Positions 26,458-34,278 of a DNA stretch of 64,000 nt are shown piece by piece. Source of the DNA: an uncultured Desulfovibrio sp. (lineage in GTDB: Bacteria; Desulfobacterota; Desulfovibrionia; Desulfovibrionales; Desulfovibrionaceae). The notes under the pieces were generated by a model. That model was not told where the DNA came from and made no database searches. It saw only the letters and a list, made by a program, of their open reading frames with translations. The position numbers and the translations under genes are program-made. The stretch is taken from positions 1,404-65,403 of the forward strand of contig NZ_CALUWS010000010.1 of the NCBI RefSeq assembly GCF_944324525.1. Direction: 5' to 3'. Positions within the stretch are counted from its first letter, which is position 1, and the number at the start of each line of letters is the position of its first letter.

Positions 26458-27726
26458 TCAGAACAGTATCGCCCCAAGCAGAGAGGCAATGGTGATGAGG
26501 CCCATCACCGTCACGAAGACGTTGGAGAACTGCCCCTGGAACTTGTGCATGGCCGGTACGCGGCGGATGGCATACATGGGCATGATGAAGAGGATCATGG
26601 CGATGATCGGACCGCCAAGGGTCTCGATCATGCCGAGGATGCTTGGGTTGATGGTGGCGACAATCCAGCCGGAGATGAAGAAAAAGAGGGTCAATCCCCG
26701 GTTGAGCCTGGCGGCGTCGTAACTTTTGCCGCTGTCGCGCAGATATTTGTGCAAAATGCCGTGCAGTCCTTCACGAGCGCCGAGGTAATGTCCAAAGTAG
26801 GATGTGGCGATGGCAAGGAAAGCGATCAGCGGTCCGAAATAGGAAATGACGGGATTGTCAAAACGGTTTGCCAGGTAGGAGAGGATGGGGATGTTCTCGC
26901 GCTGCGCTTCGGCAAGATCCTGTGGGGTCAGGCTGAACACGCAGCTGAACACGAAAAACATGACAAAAACCACCAGGATGCCCGTCGTATTCCGCAGGGT
27001 GACGCGCGCCTTCTCTTCGGCCGCGGTCCCGTATTCGTTCTGCTCTGCAACGGCAAAGGACGAGATCGCGGGCGAGTGGTTGAAGGCAAAGACCAGCACG
27101 GGCAGGGTCAGCCAGATGGTCGTGGCGAAGTCGCCAACGCCGGGCATCTCGGAGAACATGCTCATGTTCCAGTGCGGGATCAGATAGATCGACAGGCCAA
27201 GAAGGGTGGCGCAGAGCGGATAGACAAGTTTTTCATTGAACTTGAGCACGAAGCTTTCGCCCACCACGATGACGAGGATCATGGCGCCCACCAGCACGCC
27301 GGAAAGTATGAAGCGGCTCAGCGTGTAGGGCTCGAGCACGGTGGCCAGCGAGGCCATGCCAAGCTGATTGACGAGAAAGGAGCCCACGGTATTGGTGATG
27401 CCTACGCCATAGATCAGCAAAATTGGGTAGATGGCGAAAAAATACAGGACGGTGATCAGCTTTCCGGCCGAGGAGCCGAAATGCTCTTCCACGACCTCCG
27501 TGATGTCGCTGCCGGGTTTTGCGGACGAGAGCACGAACCGCGCCAGAGCGCGGTGGGAAAGATAGACCATGGGGCCGGTAAGCAGCGTGATCGCTATCAG
27601 CGGCCAGACGCCGGATGCGCCCGCCTTGATGGGGAGGAAAAGAATCCCCGCGCCCACGGCGGTGCCGAACAGATTGAGCATCCACATGGTGTCAAAAGAA
27701 TTCCAGCGTGAAGTCGTGTTTTGCAA
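26458..27726 (-). CDS. sdaC: Serine transporter, HAAAP family (SdaC/TdcC-like)
   Basis: 422 aa. [20 protein letters not shown]-terminal motif, about 11 hydrophobic segments, AGGAGGG Shine-Dalgarno. Lies upstream of sdaA on the same strand. Confidence 0.88.
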   Translation of the reverse strand: MQNTTSRWNSFDTMWMLNLFGTAVGAGILFLPIKAGASGVWPLIAITLLTGPMVYLSHRALARFVLSSAKPGSDITEVVEEHFGSSAGKLITVLYFFAIYPILLIYGVGITNTVGSFLVNQLGMASLATVLEPYTLSRFILSGVLVGAMILVIVVGESFVLKFNEKLVYPLCATLLGLSIYLIPHWNMSMFSEMPGVGDFATTIWLTLPVLVFAFNHSPAISSFAVAEQNEYGTAAEEKARVTLRNTTGILVVFVMFFVFSCVFSLTPQDLAEAQRENIPILSYLANRFDNPVISYFGPLIAFLAIATSYFGHYLGAREGLHGILHKYLRDSGKSYDAARLNRGLTLFFFISGWIVATINPSILGMIETLGGPIIAMILFIMPMYAIRRVPAMHKFQGQFSNVFVTVMGLITIASLLGAILF

Positions 27727-28090
27727 TGCAGTACCCTCCTGTTACAAGATTGACAAAGTGCATCCCAACAAATTTGAGCGCTGTATATTGATGACGCTAC
27801 TTCCTTATATGAGAATATACGATATGGCAAGACAAATCCTCGCGGGCAGCAATCTCGCCATAAAACTGACAAACGGATGCCGTAGCATCATTTTTTATAA
27901 CATATAACGAAAATTCATGCAAGTATATTCCGCTTTCAAGAGTGATATATTTTTAACATTCAACCCATATAAAATAGCAACAATAATTCATCGATTAAAC
28001 CTATTAATCTGTCATGCGAGCGCAAAAAAGATGAGAGCTTGCGGGAACGGCTCATTGCTGACCATGCCCACAGTCTGACGCATCCCGACC
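27727..28090. other. Strongly AT-rich intergenic island (promoter region of sdaC-sdaA)
   Basis: About 360 bp of A/T-tract-rich sequence (for example ATATATTTTTAACATTCAACCCATATAAAATAGCAACAATAATTCATCGATTAAACCTATTAAT) within otherwise GC-rich DNA. No ORF with coding character. Confidence 0.8.
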
Positions 28091-28275
28091 GATGATGGAG
28101 TGTCGAGCCGCAGCGCGCACCTCGAAGGCGGACTTGCCTCGAGTCCCTGACTCATTCCTCACAAGAGGGCGCTGGGGGAAAATGGAGGACCTGGAAGGAA
28201 AGAATCTGCGCGACGGGGTGACGCCCCGCCGGGACGGACGCTTGCCGCTGGGGGGGATCGTGCAGGCTGACCAGG

Positions 28276-28313
28276 GAAAAAGCGGCGGGGGGCGGTCCTT
28301 GCGAACCGCCCCC
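28276..28313 (-). terminator. Possible terminator of lctP
   Basis: Minus strand GGGGGCGGT-TCGCAAGG-ACCGCCCCC hairpin, with a TTTTT run starting 6 nt later. Lies about 110 nt after the lctP stop. Confidence 0.4.
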
Positions 28314-28423
28314 TCAGAAAAGGAGTCCGAACATCTCTCGCCGTGTCATCCGCGTGAAGAGGGGCTCCGCTCACGCCGCAACCAGTTTGACGGATGTCCG
28401 GACAACCCCTCTTCGCGCGAAGC

Positions 28424-30064
28424 TTACGGCAGCATCCAGCTCAGCACCGTGGCCTGCAGCCAGGTCAGCACGCAGATGCACACCGTCATGGCGATACTGT
28501 GCGGCAGGGCGAAGCGGAAGAGGTCGCCTTCCTGTCCCACCATGCTGGTGGCGGCGGTGGCCACGCTGATGGACTGGGGCGAGATCATCTTGCCGGTCAC
28601 GCCGCCGGACGAGTTGGCGGCCACGGCCAGTTCAGGCGGCATACCCACCACTTCGGCGGTGGAACGCTGCATACCGCAGAACAACGCGTTGGACGAGGTG
28701 TCCGAACCGGTCAGGAACACGCCCAGCCAGCCCAGCAGAGGGGCGAAGAAGGGGAAGATGCTGCCGGTCAGGGTAAAGGCGATGCCCAGGGTGGAGCTCA
28801 TGCCGGAGTAGTTCATGAGGTAGGCCAGACCCAGGATCATGGCGATGGTCACGATGGGGAAGCGCAGCTGCACCACGGTGCGGAAGAAGCAGCTCACCGC
28901 GCGGCCGAAGCTGTAGCCGGGCATGAGCGGCACCGACAGGAAGCCGGCGATGAGAATGGCCGTACCGCCCGCGGAGAGCCAGTTGAGCGTGAAGACCGCC
29001 GGATACACCGGATCCTTGCCCGCGGGCAGGATGGGAGCGGCCTTCATCACCAGACCGTCAAGAGCGGGCCAGCTGAACTTGATGACCGCGCCGGGCATGG
29101 CGTTGAGCAGATCCTTGAACTGCGGCAGCCCCCAGAAAAAGACCATCACGGCCAGGATGATGTAAGGGCCCCAGGCGCGCACCACCACGCCGAAACGGGG
29201 AGCTTCGCCCTGGATGACGGCTTCCGTCTCGCCTTCAAAGCGGAAGATGCGCGCCGGCTTCCAGACGCGCAGCAGCAGCACGAGGCCGATGATGGCGATG
29301 ATGGCGGACATGATGTCCGGCAGGGTCGGGCCGTGGAAGTTGGAGAACAGGAACTGCGAGCCGGCAAAGCAGACGCCGGAGACGATGATGGCGGGCAGCA
29401 CTTCCATCGAACGTTTGAAACCGCACATGACCACGCAGAGCCAGAGCGGCACAATCACCGAAAGGAAGGGCAGCTGGCGGCCCACGATGGCGCTGATGTG
29501 CAGATCGGAGAAGCCCGAGACCTGTCCGGCCACGATGACCGGCACGCCGATGGCCCCGAAGGCCACGGGCGCGGTATTGGCGATGAGACAGATGCCGGCG
29601 GCGTAGAGCGGTTTGAAGCCCAGCCCCACCAGCATGGCGGCGGTGATGGCCACGGGCGTGCCGAAGCCCGCCGTCCCCTCGATGAAGGAGCCGAAGGCAA
29701 AGGCGATGAAGATGGCCTGGAGGCGGCGGTCATCGGTCAGGCGCGCCAGGGACTGCTTGATGTATTCGAACTCGCCGGACTCGACGGTCATGTTGTAGAC
29801 CCAGACCGCCGTAACCACGATCCACACGATGGGGAACAGGCCGAAGGCCGCCCCATACAAAAAGGAGCTGAATGCCGTGGAGGCCGGCATCCCCCAGACC
29901 AGCACGGCCAGCGCGAAGGACAGCACGACGGCCACACCGGCGGCATGATGTCCTTTGGCGCGGCGCACGGCCAGCATGTAAAAAAGCGCAATGAGCGGAA
30001 CGGCCGCGCACAGCGCGGACAGCAACGCACCCCCGGCGGGATCGTACACCTGAGTCCAAGCCAT
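28424..30064 (-). CDS. lctP: L-lactate permease (LctP/LldP family)
   Basis: 546 aa. AFGSFIEGTAGFGTPVAITAAMLVGLGF, ANTAPVAFGAIG and GGVTGKMISPQS motifs, and many transmembrane segments. Confidence 0.93.
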   Translation of the reverse strand: MAWTQVYDPAGGALLSALCAAVPLIALFYMLAVRRAKGHHAAGVAVVLSFALAVLVWGMPASTAFSSFLYGAAFGLFPIVWIVVTAVWVYNMTVESGEFEYIKQSLARLTDDRRLQAIFIAFAFGSFIEGTAGFGTPVAITAAMLVGLGFKPLYAAGICLIANTAPVAFGAIGVPVIVAGQVSGFSDLHISAIVGRQLPFLSVIVPLWLCVVMCGFKRSMEVLPAIIVSGVCFAGSQFLFSNFHGPTLPDIMSAIIAIIGLVLLLRVWKPARIFRFEGETEAVIQGEAPRFGVVVRAWGPYIILAVMVFFWGLPQFKDLLNAMPGAVIKFSWPALDGLVMKAAPILPAGKDPVYPAVFTLNWLSAGGTAILIAGFLSVPLMPGYSFGRAVSCFFRTVVQLRFPIVTIAMILGLAYLMNYSGMSSTLGIAFTLTGSIFPFFAPLLGWLGVFLTGSDTSSNALFCGMQRSTAEVVGMPPELAVAANSSGGVTGKMISPQSISVATAATSMVGQEGDLFRFALPHSIAMTVCICVLTWLQATVLSWMLP

Positions 30065-30145
30065 ATGCCTCTCCAGACACGTTAGAAGTTCATCCTTGCC
30101 CCCTCCCCTCCATCCGCCATGCCGAGGAAGGGAAGGGGCTGTCCT

Positions 30146-30178
30146 TTTTCAGGATATTTTCAGGATAATATCTTATCC
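30146..30178. promoter_or_regulatory. Direct repeat plus palindrome in the lctP upstream region (candidate operator)
   Basis: TTTTCAGGATA-TTTTCAGGATA tandem repeat runs into the perfect palindrome GGATAA-TATC-TTATCC. On the minus strand it overlaps a TTGACG-N18-TATTAT promoter-like element. Confidence 0.4.
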
Positions 30179-30338
30179 GCCCCATATGCGTCAACAAGAT
30201 AAGAAAAAAAGATTGAGCGCCTCTTCTTTCCGCCCTGCCTTCTTGACATGACGGGGGCCTTGCCCGCATGGTTTCATATCATCATCCACCATCGCCGGCG
30301 GGCGGTCTGCCGGCGTGCCTACAGAGGGGGACGCCTTG

Positions 30339-30833
30339 ATGCGACACTGGCTGTTCAAATCCGAACCGGAGTGCTTTTCCTGGCAGGATCTCTCCGACGC
30401 GCCGCAACAGACGACCTCCTGGGACGGCGTACGCAACTATCAGGCTCGTAACTTCATGAAGTCCATGCGGGTGGGCGATCGCGGTTTCTTCTACCACAGC
30501 GGCGCGGACCCGGCCATCATCGGCGTGGTGCGCGTGGTGCGGGAAGCCTACCCCGACCATACGGCGCAGGACCCGGAAAACAACCATTTCGACCCCCGCG
30601 CCACGCCGGAAAAGCCCATCTGGGAAATGGTGGACGTCCAGCTGGAAAGGGCCTTCCCCCATCCGCTGCGCCGCAGGGAGCTGGCCGCCTTCCCGGAACT
30701 GGCGGGCATGGAGCTCATGCGCCGGGGCAGCCGCCTGTCCGTGCAGCCGGTCAGCCCGGAGGCCTTTGCCTTCATCTGTGCGCTGGCCGAAAACAGCGGG
30801 GCGGACTTTACAGGCCCGTCCCCTCTAACGTAA
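30339..30833 (+). CDS. EVE (PUA-like, DUF55) domain protein
   Basis: ORF trimmed to MRHWLFKSEPECFSWQDL. WDGVRNYQARNFM, GDRGFFYHS and IIGVVRVVREAYPD motifs. Confidence 0.85.
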   Translation: MRHWLFKSEPECFSWQDLSDAPQQTTSWDGVRNYQARNFMKSMRVGDRGFFYHSGADPAIIGVVRVVREAYPDHTAQDPENNHFDPRATPEKPIWEMVDVQLERAFPHPLRRRELAAFPELAGMELMRRGSRLSVQPVSPEAFAFICALAENSGADFTGPSPLT

Positions 30834-30911
30834 GACAGTCATCATTTTTCACTATTCCGCCGGCATATTGTGACAAAATGTATCTTTTCGGCGGGATCCG
30901 AGGTTTTTTCC

Positions 30912-32300
30912 ATGGCGAACAATGCACTCATCAAGGATTTCGAGGCCCTGCTCGGCCCCGAAAATGTGTTCAGCTCCGAAGCCGACCGGCAGAGCTATTC
31001 CTATGACTCCGCGGTGCTCGCGCCTGTCGTGCCCACGCTGGTGGTGCGCCCCACCACCACCGAACAGCTTGGCCAGTGCGTCAAAAAACTGTACGACAAC
31101 GGCATCCCCATGACCGTGCGCGGCGCGGGGACCAACCTGTCCGGCGGCGTCATCCCCGACGTGCCGGATACGGTGGTCATCCTGACCAACGGCCTCAACC
31201 GCATCCTCGAGATCAACGAGAACGACCTCTACGCCGTGGTGGAACCCGGCGTCATCACGGCGCAATTCGCCGCGGCCGTGGAAAAGCGCCGGCTGTTCTA
31301 TCCGCCGGACCCGGGCTCGCAGTCCGTCTCCACCATCGGCGGCAACATCGCGGAGAACGCTGGCGGCCTGCGCGGCCTCAAGTACGGCGTCACCAAGGAT
31401 TACGTCATGGGCGTGGAGTTTTTCGACGCCACCGGCGAAGTGGTCAAGAGCGGTTCGCGCACCGTCAAATGCGTCACCGGCTACAATCTGGCGGGCATGC
31501 TCACCCAGAGCGAGGGCACGCTTGGCGTCATCTCCCGGGCCATCCTCAAGCTCGTGCCGCCGCCCAAGGCCTCCAAAGCCCTCATGGCCGTCTTCGACGA
31601 CATGCAGAAGGCCGCCGAAGCCGTGGCCGGCATCATCGCCGCCCATGTGGTTCCCTGTACGCTGGAATTCCTGGACAACAACACCATCGTGCGCGTGGAC
31701 GACTTCACCCATGCCGGCCTGCCGCGTGATGCGGCCGCCATCCTGCTCATCGAGGTGGACGGGCATCCGGCCCAGGTGGCCGACGACGCCGAGGCCGTGG
31801 AGCGCGTGCTCAGGACCACCGGCGCCACGACCGTACATGTGGCGCGCGACGCCGCCGAAAAGACGAAACTCTGGGAGGCGCGCCGCATGGCCCTGCCCGT
31901 GCTGGCCCGCGCCCGGCCCACCACCATCCTTGAAGACGCCACCGTGCCCCGCTCGCAGATCCCGGCCATGATGAAGGTCGTCACCGACATCGCCGCCAAG
32001 TACCGCGTGGAAGTGGGCACCTTCGGCCATGCCGGGGACGGCAACCTGCATCCCACCTTCCTGTGCGACAAGCGCGATGCCGATGAATTCGCCCGGGTGG
32101 AGGCCGCCATCGACGAAATGTTCGAGACGGCCATCAGCCTGCACGGCACCCTTTCCGGCGAGCACGGCATCGGTACGGCCAAAGCCAAGTGGATGGAAAA
32201 GGAAACCTCGCGCGGCACCATCCTCTTCTCGCAGCGCCTGCGGCGCGCCCTCGATCCCAAGGGCCTGCTCAACCCCACCAAGCTGGTGAGCATCCGCTAG
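30912..32300 (+). CDS. glcD: FAD-linked oxidase, GlcD/D-lactate dehydrogenase-like
   Basis: ORF trimmed to MANNALIKDFEALLG. VRGAGTNLSGG, EPGVITAQF, YPPDPGS, GGNIAENAGG and C-terminal SGEHGIGTAK motifs. Confidence 0.9.
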   Translation: MANNALIKDFEALLGPENVFSSEADRQSYSYDSAVLAPVVPTLVVRPTTTEQLGQCVKKLYDNGIPMTVRGAGTNLSGGVIPDVPDTVVILTNGLNRILEINENDLYAVVEPGVITAQFAAAVEKRRLFYPPDPGSQSVSTIGGNIAENAGGLRGLKYGVTKDYVMGVEFFDATGEVVKSGSRTVKCVTGYNLAGMLTQSEGTLGVISRAILKLVPPPKASKALMAVFDDMQKAAEAVAGIIAAHVVPCTLEFLDNNTIVRVDDFTHAGLPRDAAAILLIEVDGHPAQVADDAEAVERVLRTTGATTVHVARDAAEKTKLWEARRMALPVLARARPTTILEDATVPRSQIPAMMKVVTDIAAKYRVEVGTFGHAGDGNLHPTFLCDKRDADEFARVEAAIDEMFETAISLHGTLSGEHGIGTAKAKWMEKETSRGTILFSQRLRRALDPKGLLNPTKLVSIR

Positions 32301-32311
32301 GGGGGCCCGCG

Positions 32312-33622
32312 ATGAGCGATCTGCATACCCTTGCCCAACGCCTCATGGCGCTGGATGACCGGCTGGCGGCCTGTATGCGCTGCGGCCTCTGCCAGAGCGT
32401 GTGCCCCATGTTCGGGGCCACCATGAAGGAGGCCGACGTGGCCCGCGGCAAGCTGGCGCTGGTGAACAACCTGGCCCATGAGCTCATTTGCGACCCGCAG
32501 GCCGTGGCCGGCAAGCTCGACCGCTGCCTGCTTTGCGGTTCCTGCGAAGCGGCCTGTCCTTCCGGGGTGAAGATCACGGAAATCTTTTTCGAGGCGCGCG
32601 AGGTGGTCAATGCCTACCTCGGCCTGCATCCGCTGAAAAAGATGATCTTCCGCTTCCTGCTGCCCCGGCCGGAACTGTTCAATCTGAGCGTGCGCGTGGG
32701 CGCTCCCCTGCAGCGCCTCGTGCTGCGCCGCAATCATGACGTGCAGGAAACGTCCTGTGCGCCCATGCTTTCCTTCATGCTGGGCAAGCGGCATGTGCGC
32801 CCGCTGGCCGCCCGCCCCCTGAGCGCCCTCACCGGACCGCTGGACGAGCCGCGCCCGGAAGGCGGCCTCAAGGTGGCCTTCTATCCCGGCTGCATGGGCG
32901 ACAAGCTCTATGTGGACATGGCGCAGGCCTGCCTTGCCGTGCTGCGCCATCACAAGGTGGCGGTCTTCCTGCCGGAAGGGCTGGCCTGCTGCGGCATGCC
33001 GGCGCTGGCCTCCGGCGACGCCGAGGGCATGCTGCGCCAGATCTCCGTCAACCTGCCCGTGCTGCGCGGGGATTTCGACTACCTCGTCACGCCCTGCCCC
33101 ACCTGCACCAAGACCATCGCCTCTCTCTGGCCGCGCTACGCCCAGCGTCTCGGCACCCTGGAACGCGAGGCCACCGCCCGCCTGGCCGAAAAGACGCTGG
33201 ACATCACCGCCTTTCTTGTGGATGTGCTCAAGGTGGAGGCCCCATCCGACGGCGAAGGTTCGCTTGCCGTCACCTACCATGACTCCTGTCACCTCTCCAA
33301 GGGACTGGGGATCCGCAGCCAGCCCCGCACGCTCATCAAGGCCTCCCGCCCCTGCCGCCTCGTGGAGATGAACGAGGCGGACCGCTGCTGCGGCTGCGGC
33401 GGTTCTTTCAATCTGAGCCATTATGATCTTTCCCGGCGCATAGGTCAGCGCAAACGGGATAACATCGTGGAAAGCGGCGCCGCCGTGGTGGCCGCCGCCT
33501 GTCCGGCCTGCATGATGCAGCTGGAAGATGTCCTTTCGCAAAATCACGACGCCGTGAGCGTCCGCCATCCTGTCCAGCTGTACGCGCAGCATCTGGGACT
33601 GGGCGGCGGGCCCGCGGCATAG
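32312..33622 (+). CDS. Fe-S oxidoreductase, GlcF/GlpC-like (two 4Fe-4S motifs plus two CCG domains)
   Basis: ORF trimmed to ATG 32312. CMRCGLCQSVCP and CLLCGSCEAACP, plus CCGMP, CPTC and CCGCGG cysteine clusters. Confidence 0.85.
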   Translation: MSDLHTLAQRLMALDDRLAACMRCGLCQSVCPMFGATMKEADVARGKLALVNNLAHELICDPQAVAGKLDRCLLCGSCEAACPSGVKITEIFFEAREVVNAYLGLHPLKKMIFRFLLPRPELFNLSVRVGAPLQRLVLRRNHDVQETSCAPMLSFMLGKRHVRPLAARPLSALTGPLDEPRPEGGLKVAFYPGCMGDKLYVDMAQACLAVLRHHKVAVFLPEGLACCGMPALASGDAEGMLRQISVNLPVLRGDFDYLVTPCPTCTKTIASLWPRYAQRLGTLEREATARLAEKTLDITAFLVDVLKVEAPSDGEGSLAVTYHDSCHLSKGLGIRSQPRTLIKASRPCRLVEMNEADRCCGCGGSFNLSHYDLSRRIGQRKRDNIVESGAAVVAAACPACMMQLEDVLSQNHDAVSVRHPVQLYAQHLGLGGGPAA

Positions 33623-33639
33623 TTTCAAAGGAGTGACTC

Positions 33640-34278
33640 ATGGCCCCTGTCAATCAGGAACTTGTCGATCTCTTCATAGCCCGCGCGGAGGCTGTCGCCG
33701 CCCAGGTGCAGCGCCTGCCCAACATGGCCGCCGCCCTGCAATACGCCGTGGATGTCTGCGCCCGCAAAGCGCCCTGCGAGCTGCTGGCCGATGAAGATGT
33801 GGAAAAGGGCCCGGACGGCCCCAATAAAGTGCCTACCCGCGTGCAGAAGATCCTGGCCGCGCCGGATCTGCCGGACGCGGACTTTGCCGCCCTGGCCGAA
33901 GCCTGCGCCGCGCAGGGCTTCGCCTGCCGCCGGGACGGCCTGCGCAACCATCTGGCCGGCATCGACGTGGGCCTGACCACGGCCCGTCTGGGCGTGGCCG
34001 CCAGCGGCACCTGTCTCACCGTGGGCGACAATGAGGATACCCGTCTGGCGGGCATGATCAGCGAGACGCACATCCTCATCCTGCGCGCCTCGGAGATCTA
34101 TCCCGACCTGCCCTCCATCGCCGGCCGGCTGCGCGAGCGCATGGCCGAACGTCCGGGCAGCTATACCGTCTTCATCACCGGCCCCAGCCGTACCGCCGAC
34201 ATCGAGCGCGTCAGCGCCGTCGGCGTGCACGGCCCGCTGGAACTGCATATCGTTCTTCTGGAGGATGCCCATGTCTAA
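33640..34278 (+). CDS. lutC: LutC/LldG family lactate-utilisation protein (LUD domain)
   Basis: 212 aa. GVAASGTC...ETHILILRASEIYPDL...FITGPSRTADIE pattern of DUF162/LUD proteins. Confidence 0.8.
   Translation: MAPVNQELVDLFIARAEAVAAQVQRLPNMAAALQYAVDVCARKAPCELLADEDVEKGPDGPNKVPTRVQKILAAPDLPDADFAALAEACAAQGFACRRDGLRNHLAGIDVGLTTARLGVAASGTCLTVGDNEDTRLAGMISETHILILRASEIYPDLPSIAGRLRERMAERPGSYTVFITGPSRTADIERVSAVGVHGPLELHIVLLEDAHV

Noticed and set aside
27727-28090. AT-rich island as a replication origin
   Set aside because: No TTATCCACA-like DnaA boxes or 13-mer arrays were found, and no dnaA or dnaN gene is adjacent. The position fits an operon promoter region.
28186-28203. GGACCTGGAAGGAAAG resembling the SRP RNA domain IV GGAA tetraloop region
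   Set aside because: The flanking bases do not form the required helix (CCU/GGA pairs poorly), and no long terminal stem or other conserved 4.5S sequence is present.
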